A DNA stretch of 32,000 nucleotides from Candidatus Nanopusillus sp. (GCA_028275885.1 JAPWTW010000006.1:5055-37054), one strand, 5' to 3'. Shown: positions 9,005 through 17,363, counted from the first letter of the stretch. Made by a program: numbers and translations. Notes: generated from the letters alone by a model not told the origin.

Positions 9005-9406
9005 TTGATGGACAAAAAAGAAACTATAATAGTAGGACTTATACTATTAATATTATTAGCAGCTGGATTTATAGTTGCACCATTATTATATCCAATAAAT
9101 AATTATAACCAAAATTTAAATCAAAATGAATTATATCAAATATCTCAAGTTGCTCAATATTGCCAGGCTTTATGCTTATATGCAAAGTACAATTTATCTA
9201 TAAATGATTTGAATAATACATGCCTAGTATCAGAAAATTCTATATTATATCAATCATGGATTTCTTATCCAAATACGTACAATTGGGGATGTGAAGTATC
9301 AAACACCAATTTGAATTTATGTAACAATAGTAATTATATAGTATTAGATGAAAATTGTTCAATAATTAATATATATTATCAAAATAAGCAGTTAAATATA
9401 AAATGA
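9005..9406 (+). CDS. N-terminally anchored, Cys- and Asn-rich putative surface protein
   Basis: A single N-terminal TM/signal-anchor (IIVGLILLILLAAGFIVAPLL) is followed by a domain with 6 Cys and several N-x-S/T sequons. The likely start is ATG 9008. Its stop overlaps the tatD start (ATGA). Confidence 0.6.
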   Translation: MMDKKETIIVGLILLILLAAGFIVAPLLYPINNYNQNLNQNELYQISQVAQYCQALCLYAKYNLSINDLNNTCLVSENSILYQSWISYPNTYNWGCEVSNTNLNLCNNSNYIVLDENCSIINIYYQNKQLNIK

Positions 9407-10128
9407 AATATATTGATTCCCATTGTCATCTATATAAATTCAATGAAATAGAAATTAAAAGAATAATAAGAAATAAAGATATAATAATATTATCAGTTTC
9501 TGAAGATCTAGAATCATCATTAAAAAATTTGGTTTTATCTCAATTAAATGAAAATGTAATACCTGCTATAGGAATTCACCCTTGGAATATAGAAAATGTA
9601 AATGAAAATACATTTAAAATAGTAGAAGATATAATAAAAGATAATAAAATAAAAATACTTGGAGAAATTGGATTAGATAAAAAATTTAAGCCAGAAACTT
9701 TTGAAAAACAGAAAGAAATTTTTGAAAAATTCTTAAACCTAGCAAAAGAATATGATTTAAATCTAAATCTTCATACACCAGATGCTTCGAACGAAGTATT
9801 CGATCTTTTAATAAAGTATGATATTAAGAAAGCATATTTTCATTGGTATAGCGGAGATGAAAAATTGTTAGAAGAAATAATAAATAAAGGATATTTTATA
9901 GGGATAAATGTTGCAACAATAATAAATGAAAAATATAAAAAGTATATAGAAATTACAAATATAAAAAATATAATAACAGAATCTGATGGGCCATATAATT
10001 ACAAAGGCATTATACTTCATCCAGATATGCTAAAGGATCTTTATAAACTTATTTCAAATATAAGAAAAATAAATCTAGAAGAACTATCAAATATTATACA
10101 GAACAATTTTGCTAGGTTTATATATTAA
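9403..10128 (+). CDS. TatD-family metal-dependent hydrolase/DNase (paralog 1)
   Basis: TatD motifs occur in order: IDSHCHL, GEIGLD, LHT, FHWYSG and ESDGPY. Confidence 0.85.
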   Translation: MKYIDSHCHLYKFNEIEIKRIIRNKDIIILSVSEDLESSLKNLVLSQLNENVIPAIGIHPWNIENVNENTFKIVEDIIKDNKIKILGEIGLDKKFKPETFEKQKEIFEKFLNLAKEYDLNLNLHTPDASNEVFDLLIKYDIKKAYFHWYSGDEKLLEEIINKGYFIGINVATIINEKYKKYIEITNIKNIITESDGPYNYKGIILHPDMLKDLYKLISNIRKINLEELSNIIQNNFARFIY

Positions 10129-10225
10129 CATATTGTTAATGTCATTTAACATTAAGTTAACATTTATAAATTTTAAGAGAGATATTCATTAACGTTATAT
10201 TAAATATAATTAACATGATGTTAAT
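10124..10225. promoter_or_regulatory. cluster of TTAACA/TGTTAA half-sites forming three palindromes upstream of tfe (putative operator array)
   Basis: TTAACA occurs at 10125, 10146, 10157 and 10210. TGTTAA occurs at 10134 and 10219, and the variant TTAACG at 10189. The palindromes are ATTAACA-TAT-TGTTAAT (10124-10140), TGTTAA-n6-TTAACA (10134-10151) and ATTAACAT-G-ATGTTAAT (10209-10225). Confidence 0.4.
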
Positions 10226-10240
10226 CAATAATGTTTATAA

Positions 10241-10780
10241 ATGTCAAAAAACTTTATAGCTATTATGAGCTACTTACTTAACGAAAACTATTTAAAAATA
10301 TTAGAATATATAGCAGATAAAAAAGAATTTACAGAAAGAGAAATAAAGAGACAATTAAAGATAAAGGAAGAAGAAATTAGGAAACTATTATATATATTAG
10401 AAGAAAACAACATAGTATATCCAATAAGCATAATAAATGATAATGGAAAATTTGATTTCAGATGGGGAAATAAAATTCCAGATAAAGGTAGATTATTTAG
10501 CTTGTTAATCAATAAAGAAATTAATAGAATTAATGAAGAAATTAAAAATACTCCAAAAACATTGTACTATTGTAATGAGTGTGGAAGTGCATATACATTT
10601 GATGAAGCATATGAAAATGATTTTATATGCAAAGAATGTGGATCATTATTAACTGAAAAGGAAAATTTCAGAATAATAGAATTGGAAAATATTATACACA
10701 ACTTACAGATATTACTTGATAAATATTCTTCGAAAGTTACAAAGAAAGAAAAAGCATCAAAAGCAAAGGGTAAAAGATAA
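10241..10780 (+). CDS. tfe: transcription factor E, alpha subunit (TFE / TFIIE-alpha homolog)
   Basis: An N-terminal winged-helix region (LKILEYIADKKEFTEREI...LYILEENNIVY) is followed by a 4-Cys zinc ribbon (CNECGSAYTFDEAYENDFICKECGS). Confidence 0.85.
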   Translation: MSKNFIAIMSYLLNENYLKILEYIADKKEFTEREIKRQLKIKEEEIRKLLYILEENNIVYPISIINDNGKFDFRWGNKIPDKGRLFSLLINKEINRINEEIKNTPKTLYYCNECGSAYTFDEAYENDFICKECGSLLTEKENFRIIELENIIHNLQILLDKYSSKVTKKEKASKAKGKR

Positions 10781-10809
10781 TTTTTATTTTTTATCTAAAT
10801 TTATATTTA

Positions 10810-11961
10810 ATGATATTTAAGGTTAAGATATATGATTTAACTGAAATATTCAAAGAAACAAAATCAAAACTAATTAAATCTAATATAGATAATGGAGCTA
10901 GAGTATATGGAATAAAACTTGATAAAATGAAAGGAATGATTGGATTTGAAATATTACCAAATAGAAGAATAGGAACTGAATTTGCTGATATTGCAAAAAA
11001 ATTTGGATTAAAGGGAATATTACATTCAGATGAACTACCAAACTACGGAATATCTGAAGAAGAAGTAAATAATGTTAAAAAAATTCTAAATTGTTCTAAT
11101 GAAGATGCATTTATATTATTAATATCAAAAGATTATAAAGTAGCTAAAAAAGTTTTTAGCCTAATAATAAGTAGGATAAATGAATCAATTAAAAAAATAC
11201 CAAAGGATACTAGACAGGCAAATGATGATGGAACTACATCCTTCTTAAGGCCACAACCAGGTTCTGAAAGAATGTATCCAGAGACAGATCATCCTTATAT
11301 ATATATTGATAAAAATATTATTGAAAATAATGAATACAATATAATAAGATATAATATAAGTTATGGGGATATTAAAGAAACATTCGATATATACTATTTA
11401 AAAAAATTTGATAGGGATCTATATATTAAATTGTTAAATGAAGGAAAAACGATATTAAATTCTATCGATCCAGAATTTGTTAAACAAATTTTAAAATCTC
11501 TTGGATATAATGAAAAACAAATTGAAAATATAATATGGAGTGAATATGTAAATGATATAATAAAAATATCTTTTGATATAGATCCAAATACTGTATATTA
11601 TTTGTTCTTTCAGATGATTGGAGATATTGAGAGTTTATTTAAAGAAAAAATAGAAAAATTTGATTTAGATTTTATATATAAGATAAAAGATTATTTAAAG
11701 GATAAAAAAATTGTAAGAAATGCAATTCCAATAATATATTATCATTATATTAAATATAATAAGAATATTGAGGATATAATAAGAGAAAATAATTTATATA
11801 AAAGAAATAAAGAAGAGCTAAGGAAAGAAATTGAAGAATATTTAAAATCATTAAATACTAATGATAAAAAAGTTATTCTTTCAAATGTATTTAGTAAATT
11901 TAAATATGTAGCAGATGGTGAAGACATAAAAAAAGTATTAGAAGAAATATTAAACATATAA
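10810..11961 (+). CDS. gatE: Glu-tRNA(Gln) amidotransferase subunit E, C-terminal two-thirds only (split or truncated gatE)
   Basis: It carries the GatE-specific insertion-domain sequence (RRIGTEFADIAKKFGLKGILHSDELPNYGISEEEV) and the cradle motif RPQPGSERMYPETDHP. The N-terminal GLE-I-H-type segment is absent. It is 383 aa, against about 600+ aa for intact GatE. Confidence 0.75.
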   Translation: MIFKVKIYDLTEIFKETKSKLIKSNIDNGARVYGIKLDKMKGMIGFEILPNRRIGTEFADIAKKFGLKGILHSDELPNYGISEEEVNNVKKILNCSNEDAFILLISKDYKVAKKVFSLIISRINESIKKIPKDTRQANDDGTTSFLRPQPGSERMYPETDHPYIYIDKNIIENNEYNIIRYNISYGDIKETFDIYYLKKFDRDLYIKLLNEGKTILNSIDPEFVKQILKSLGYNEKQIENIIWSEYVNDIIKISFDIDPNTVYYLFFQMIGDIESLFKEKIEKFDLDFIYKIKDYLKDKKIVRNAIPIIYYHYIKYNKNIEDIIRENNLYKRNKEELRKEIEEYLKSLNTNDKKVILSNVFSKFKYVADGEDIKKVLEEILNI

Positions 11962-11983
11962 AATTTTTATATATTAAATTTTT

Positions 11984-12391
11984 ATGGAAGAATGCGTATT
12001 TTGTAAAATAATAAATAAAGAAATACCTTCATATATATTATATGAAGATGAATATTCTATAGCATTTTTAGATATAAATCCTCTAAATAAGGGACATACA
12101 TTATTTGTACCAAAAAAGCATTTTAATAGGATATCAGATATTGAGGATGAATATATAAAAAATTTTTATAGAAGTTTTACAAAGTTTTTGAAATTATTTG
12201 AGGAAAAAATATCAAAAGATTATAATATAATAGTAAATAATGGAAAAAATGCTGGACAAGCAGTATTTCATGCACATATACATATAATACCTCAATATAA
12301 TGAAAATGGATATAAAAAGATATTTAATTGGAATACTCATAAATTATCAAAAGAAGAAGCTGAAGAAATAATAAAAAAGTTTAATTCTTAG
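11984..12391 (+). CDS. HIT-family (histidine triad) nucleotide hydrolase/transferase
   Basis: N-terminal CVFCKI and the histidine triad HAHIHIIP. Size is about 135 aa. Confidence 0.85.
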   Translation: MEECVFCKIINKEIPSYILYEDEYSIAFLDINPLNKGHTLFVPKKHFNRISDIEDEYIKNFYRSFTKFLKLFEEKISKDYNIIVNNGKNAGQAVFHAHIHIIPQYNENGYKKIFNWNTHKLSKEEAEEIIKKFNS

Positions 12392-13080
12392 ATTTCTTTA
12401 TATTCAATAATCCCATCATTTACTATTTTAAATTTTATAGATATTCCTTCCGGTAAATATCTATGCTTCCTTAATATTGCTTCCCTAATACCATTATCTA
12501 AAATTCTCAATTCAATCAAACATTTTGACCAATATTTTATTAAATCTCCTCCAACAATTCCAATTGCATCTTTATTATCAAACAAAGAATATACTTGATT
12601 TATAACTAGAACTGGTATATTATATTTCCTAGAAATTTCTGAAAATATTTGCAATTGTTTTGCAAGTTCTATATTTACTTCATTTACATTGCTATCACCT
12701 CTTTCTAATCTATATAACATTGATATAGAATCTACAACAATTAATCCTACATCATTAAAATTCTTTTTTACATAATCATATGTTAAATATATTGCCTTTT
12801 TTTGTTCAGAAAAATTTACTGGCTTATATAATAATATATTTTTCATTACATTTTCAAAATCTTCCTTTGCAATTTGTTTTAATCTTTCAAAAGAAAAACC
12901 ACCTTCAGTGTCAATATATATTACTTTTTTTCCCAATCTAGAAATATTATATGAACTTATTATTGCAATATTTGTTTTTCCAGATGCGGAAGGACCATAA
13001 AATGATGTAATAATATCTGTTTCAATACCTCCATCTAACAATTTATCTATTGGATATACCCCAGTAGAAATTTTACCCAT
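12388..13080 (-). CDS. radB: DNA repair and recombination protein RadB
   Basis: RecA-fold core without the RadA N-terminal domain. Motifs: LDGGIETDIITSFYGPSASGKTNIAI (Walker A), KVIYIDTEGGFSFERL, LIVVDS (Walker B). 230 aa. Confidence 0.85.
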   Translation of the reverse strand: MGKISTGVYPIDKLLDGGIETDIITSFYGPSASGKTNIAIISSYNISRLGKKVIYIDTEGGFSFERLKQIAKEDFENVMKNILLYKPVNFSEQKKAIYLTYDYVKKNFNDVGLIVVDSISMLYRLERGDSNVNEVNIELAKQLQIFSEISRKYNIPVLVINQVYSLFDNKDAIGIVGGDLIKYWSKCLIELRILDNGIREAILRKHRYLPEGISIKFKIVNDGIIEYKEI

Positions 13081-13114
13081 ATAAAAATTTTTCTATTATT
13101 TTTTAAAAGTATAA

Positions 13115-14395
13115 CTAATATTTAAATTCAATTTCTTTTTCTCCTATCTTAATATATAAATACTTTGCCTTCTTTCTAATACTATTTTTATAATTATTTA
13201 TTATAAATTCTACTGCTTTATATATATCATTTATTTTTCTTTTTGTAACTGCATATATTTTTCCATTTCTAATTATTAATTCTTCATTTTTATGTTTTTC
13301 ATAAAATTTATTATAATTTTTTTCTTCCCATAGTAATGGACCCTCCCTTATTTCATATTCTGGTAATTTATCTGGATAATATAATATATAACCATATAAA
13401 TAATTTTCATCAAAAAAATAATAATAATTAAAAATTTTGAATCCAATATTATTTATCCACCTTTTAATATTATTAAATAATGATAAAGCTTTACTATTTT
13501 TTATATCTTTATTATTTGAATCGCCTTCAATCTTTAAATATACCATATTTACATTATATTTTTCAGCCAATCTTTTTATTTCATCATAATTCATATATAT
13601 TTTATTAAAAAAGAATTTTTCTTTATCTTCAGATAATAAGAATATTCTAGAATAATATATAAATTCTGAAAATTTTTGTAAAGAAACTGAAGCTGCAACA
13701 TTTCTATATTTATCAGTTGGATCAATTATTATTATTGGAGATCTTATTTTATCTTTTGATAAATTTCTCTTTATTTCATCATAATCCTTATAATATTTTT
13801 CTAAATCTATTATTACCTTTGGTCTCCAAGTAGATACATTCTTTATTGTATTTTCAAAAGATCCATAATTTATTAATATTAGTTCTACTGCATATCCAGA
13901 AAATCCTCTAACATAAGATTCTGCTCCATAAACATTTATATTTTTTGTAAATACCTTTAGTAATCTAACTTCATCCTTCATTTTTTCATTTAATTTACTT
14001 AATACATATTTAACATGGAATGGTGATAGATCTGTAGTATTTTTTGCTTCTTTTATATCATTTATTTTTAATATTGGAACTAATTCAAATATTAAACCTT
14101 TATAACTTACTTTAAAATAATCTCTAGAACCTCTTATCCTTATATAATCCAAATTCTCTTTCTTCAATACATTTTCAATAATATTAGATATATTTTTATC
14201 ATCTTTAAATAATAGGAAAGTATCTACATCAAAATCATTTTTTATCCATGTATCTTTTGCGAATGATCCTCCTAAAAATGGCTCTAAATTATTCGATCTT
14301 AATATATCAAAAAATTCATTTATTATATTATATACTCTCCTTTTTTCTTCCTCAGATGGTTTTATTTTAGATAATATTTTATTATAATCTATCAT
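13115..14395 (-). CDS. cca: CCA-adding enzyme (archaeal class I tRNA nucleotidyltransferase)
   Basis: Class I signature GGSFAKDTWIKNDFDVDTFLLF, an overall length of about 430 aa, and the YGAESYVRGFSGYAVELL motif. Confidence 0.9.
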   Translation of the reverse strand: MIDYNKILSKIKPSEEEKRRVYNIINEFFDILRSNNLEPFLGGSFAKDTWIKNDFDVDTFLLFKDDKNISNIIENVLKKENLDYIRIRGSRDYFKVSYKGLIFELVPILKINDIKEAKNTTDLSPFHVKYVLSKLNEKMKDEVRLLKVFTKNINVYGAESYVRGFSGYAVELILINYGSFENTIKNVSTWRPKVIIDLEKYYKDYDEIKRNLSKDKIRSPIIIIDPTDKYRNVAASVSLQKFSEFIYYSRIFLLSEDKEKFFFNKIYMNYDEIKRLAEKYNVNMVYLKIEGDSNNKDIKNSKALSLFNNIKRWINNIGFKIFNYYYFFDENYLYGYILYYPDKLPEYEIREGPLLWEEKNYNKFYEKHKNEELIIRNGKIYAVTKRKINDIYKAVEFIINNYKNSIRKKAKYLYIKIGEKEIEFKY

Positions 14396-15474
14396 ATTTT
14401 AAATCTTAATATTGCACCTATTTTAAAGTTTGAAAATTGTTCCCCTTCAGGATGATTTTTTGATATTATTTCAACTTTTGCGTTTGTTTGTTCAATTAAT
14501 TCAATTAATTCTTTAATCTTATCTTTATAATCTTCAGATATTAATATTGTATCTACTGCACCAATTTCTAATGCTTTTTTTACATCATCAAATCCATAAA
14601 CTACTAAACCAGTACCTTTTCCAAGATGTTCAAAAAATAATTTTGTTAATTCTATTTCCTTTACATATTCTGTTTTTTCTAATACATCCTTTGCCCTCTC
14701 CAATAATTCTTTTAAGCCATATTCATTTGAATATGCTGTATCATATACACCCAAAATTTTTTGTTTAAAATGATATGGTAAATAATCTCCATTAACAAAT
14801 TGCTCTTTAAGTAATCCTGGTCCTCCCACCAAAATACCAGCCAATTTATCCAAATCCTTTTCAAAATAATTTCTAATTTCATCTGCTAAATATTTTAACC
14901 ATAAATGAACATCCTGCTCTATTAATCTTTGAAATCTTACAGAAGATTGTCCTCCAGCCCTTATTTTACCAGGAACCCACGATTGTTTATTTTCCAATAC
15001 TATTAATTGATTACCTTTTAATACTCCTATAGAAGCTTCACCTCTATCTAAAACAATTAATCCATATATTTGTTTTGGTGATATTAGTTCTTTTAACGGA
15101 TTTAATACAAACTTAGAATCACATCTATATAATCTAATATTTAATTTGTCTGGAGGTTCTATTGCCCATAACCTTATATCAACATCACCAGGTCTATTTG
15201 AGATATTTCCACAAAATATTATTAAACCATTATCTGGAGTCTTTTTTAATCCCTTTAAATAATTTATAATTTTTGCCAATGCGTCCATTACATGTTGTCT
15301 AGTATTTTTATCCTTAATATTTTGTGCAGTTGAATATTCATAACTTAAATGATCTAAAACCTTAGTTAAATCATATCCGGCTGGTATATAATATGAAATC
15401 AGTTCAGTAGCTCTACCATTGTATTTACTTAATTCTTCTATTAACATTTGTAATTCAAGGTCTTTAACATCCAT
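14392..15474 (-). CDS. prf1: peptide chain release factor aRF1
   Basis: Motifs: GGQS (RAGGQSSVRFQRL), YRCDSKF (YxCxxxF), and the NIKS position, which reads NIKD (TAQNIKDKNTRQHV). Confidence 0.9.
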   Translation of the reverse strand: MDVKDLELQMLIEELSKYNGRATELISYYIPAGYDLTKVLDHLSYEYSTAQNIKDKNTRQHVMDALAKIINYLKGLKKTPDNGLIIFCGNISNRPGDVDIRLWAIEPPDKLNIRLYRCDSKFVLNPLKELISPKQIYGLIVLDRGEASIGVLKGNQLIVLENKQSWVPGKIRAGGQSSVRFQRLIEQDVHLWLKYLADEIRNYFEKDLDKLAGILVGGPGLLKEQFVNGDYLPYHFKQKILGVYDTAYSNEYGLKELLERAKDVLEKTEYVKEIELTKLFFEHLGKGTGLVVYGFDDVKKALEIGAVDTILISEDYKDKIKELIELIEQTNAKVEIISKNHPEGEQFSNFKIGAILRFKI

Positions 15475-15498
15475 TATATAGAAAATTAAGAATAATTT

Positions 15499-16191
15499 TT
15501 AAATACCAATATACTCTCTTATATATTTTATATCATAATTTAAATTTAGTTTTTTAGATATATTTAGTACATTATTTAGATCTCTATTAAGAAATTCTTC
15601 AGAATATGGAGAATCAATTGGTATTGATTGCGACACATCTATTATATATGGAACATTATTAAATATAATTATATTATATTCTGAAAAATCGCCATGAATT
15701 AATTTAGCCTTATTATATATTTTTTTATATTGATCTAATATATCAAAAAACAATTCTTCCTTATTTTCAATTAAATCATAACAATCATGTAATAATAATG
15801 GACCTTTTTCATAACCTATATATTCCATTACCAATATATTTCCTTTATACAAATATGGAATCGGAACTCTTACCAAATTTTTATACATTTTTCTTAAGTT
15901 CATATATTCTTTTTTTACCCATGTATATATTATTCCAATCTTTGTTCTTGGAAATTTATATATTCTAGGATCAGCTTTTAGATAATTTATCTGTTCTTTA
16001 TAACTTATTGACATTATTTTATATATCTTTATTGCAAATTTTCCAGATCTTACAACAATTGCTTCCTTTCCCTCAGATATTAATGTTAAATCATCTTCTA
16101 TATAATGATCTTTATACAATTTATCTAAATAGTATAATGTATTTTTATCAAATACTTTTCCATATACTTTCCATATTTCTCTATACTTCAT
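15499..16191 (-). CDS. RIO-type serine protein kinase (Rio1-like, no N-terminal wHTH)
   Basis: Motifs: SEGKEAIVVRS...AIKIYK (ATP-binding Lys), LIHGDFSEYNIII (catalytic loop), IIDVSQS (metal-binding loop). Confidence 0.85.
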   Translation of the reverse strand: MKYREIWKVYGKVFDKNTLYYLDKLYKDHYIEDDLTLISEGKEAIVVRSGKFAIKIYKIMSISYKEQINYLKADPRIYKFPRTKIGIIYTWVKKEYMNLRKMYKNLVRVPIPYLYKGNILVMEYIGYEKGPLLLHDCYDLIENKEELFFDILDQYKKIYNKAKLIHGDFSEYNIIIFNNVPYIIDVSQSIPIDSPYSEEFLNRDLNNVLNISKKLNLNYDIKYIREYIGI

Positions 16192-16940
16192 ATTAATATA
16201 TCTATAAGACTAGCTCTTAAGCCTGGTAGGAATCCTAAATAAAACAACATTACATATATTACATTTCCTAAGTCATCCTTTAAATAATATTTTGTATAGA
16301 GTGCAATAAATAATGTTAAAGATAATTTTAATCCATAAAATAATAAAGGATTGCTATATTGAAAAATAAGAATGTTTAATAGCAGATGTTCTGATTGTAA
16401 ATTAAAATAATATATAGAAATAATTGAAAAAATAGTCTCATATATTTCGCCAAATATTGATAAATAAAACAATTTTTCTTTATATGATAAATAAATTAAA
16501 AGAGGAAATAATAGAACAAATATTAAAAATGGTAATAAATTTATTGGCCTTCCAAAAATGAAAAATGAGACTTCCAATATTAAAATTACCAATAATATAT
16601 ATAAGTAATATTTTCTATATTTATATAAAAAAAGAACTGGTAAAAAAGATATTAAGATCCATAATTCTAATAAAGGTGTAAATAATAAATATGTTCTCAC
16701 TGTATAACCAAGATCTATATTTACCCTTGGAATAATAAATATTAAAGTTAAAATAATTAGATCTAATAAAAAATATTTATCAATAATTACTTTTTTATTT
16801 TTTACAAAAAAATAATAGAAAAGAATAAAACCAATAACAAATAATAATCCGTATAAAAATGTATTATATACATTGTATTTATATTGATATCCTATTACTG
16901 GATAGATGAAATATTGATAAAAAAATTGATATAAATTCAT
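16188..16940 (-). CDS. polytopic membrane protein (possibly DUF63-like), unknown function
   Basis: 250 aa, about 7-8 hydrophobic helices, very Y/F/L/I-rich. It overlaps both flanking genes (by 4 nt and 1 nt). The family assignment comes only from the N-terminal pattern FIYPVIGY..YNVYNT and is weak. Confidence 0.55.
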   Translation of the reverse strand: MNLYQFFYQYFIYPVIGYQYKYNVYNTFLYGLLFVIGFILFYYFFVKNKKVIIDKYFLLDLIILTLIFIIPRVNIDLGYTVRTYLLFTPLLELWILISFLPVLFLYKYRKYYLYILLVILILEVSFFIFGRPINLLPFLIFVLLFPLLIYLSYKEKLFYLSIFGEIYETIFSIISIYYFNLQSEHLLLNILIFQYSNPLLFYGLKLSLTLFIALYTKYYLKDDLGNVIYVMLFYLGFLPGLRASLIDILI

Positions 16941-17332
16941 TAACGCCTATAATATTGAAAATATTGAAGTAAATTATTTAATAGAGCAATTATATTATCT
17001 AACTTTGTTGCAATTGTATCCAATTTTGTATTTAATATTTGTATAGTATTATAATCGACTTGATTTGTATATTGATTAGTATATCCATAATTCTGTGGAA
17101 AATTTGGTAAATATGCTTGAGGGTTTAATTGTCCTGGGAATTGATTTTGTTGAAATGTATTTTGATTTTGAATTTGTGGTGGCAATGGGGGAGGTGGTAA
17201 TGGTCCAGTTGGATATGGGCCTGGAGGATAATTTTCTGGCCCTTCTAGCGGATAATTCATAAAATCTCTTTGTATATTTATATCTTCATCATTCTTTCTT
17301 CCAAAAAGATTTTTTATAAAATTCAATACCAT
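16940..17332 (-). CDS. P/Q/N-rich low-complexity protein with C-terminal coiled coil (same architecture as 8282-8977)
   Basis: A basic N-terminal peptide (MVLNFIKNLFGRKND) is followed by a proline/glutamine/asparagine core (PPGPYPTGPLPPPPLPPQIQNQNTFQQNQFPGQLNPQ). The end is heptad-like (LNTKLDTIATKLDNIIALLNNLL). Confidence 0.6.
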   Translation of the reverse strand: MVLNFIKNLFGRKNDEDINIQRDFMNYPLEGPENYPPGPYPTGPLPPPPLPPQIQNQNTFQQNQFPGQLNPQAYLPNFPQNYGYTNQYTNQVDYNTIQILNTKLDTIATKLDNIIALLNNLLQYFQYYRR

Positions 17333-17363
17333 ATAATATTATAAAATTTCTTAATATATAAAA

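Noticed and set aside
10215-10221. AUGAUGU in the tfe upstream region as a possible C box.
   Set aside because: No CUGA within the following 60 nt. The heptamer is simply the centre of the ATTAACAT-G-ATGTTAAT palindrome.
14533-14592. On the minus strand, UGAUGA and a CUGA about 48 nt downstream inside aRF1, which could mimic a C/D sRNA.
   Set aside because: No internal D'/C' boxes at proper spacing. The sequence is conserved aRF1 coding (FDDVKKALEIGAVDTILISED), so I treat it as chance.
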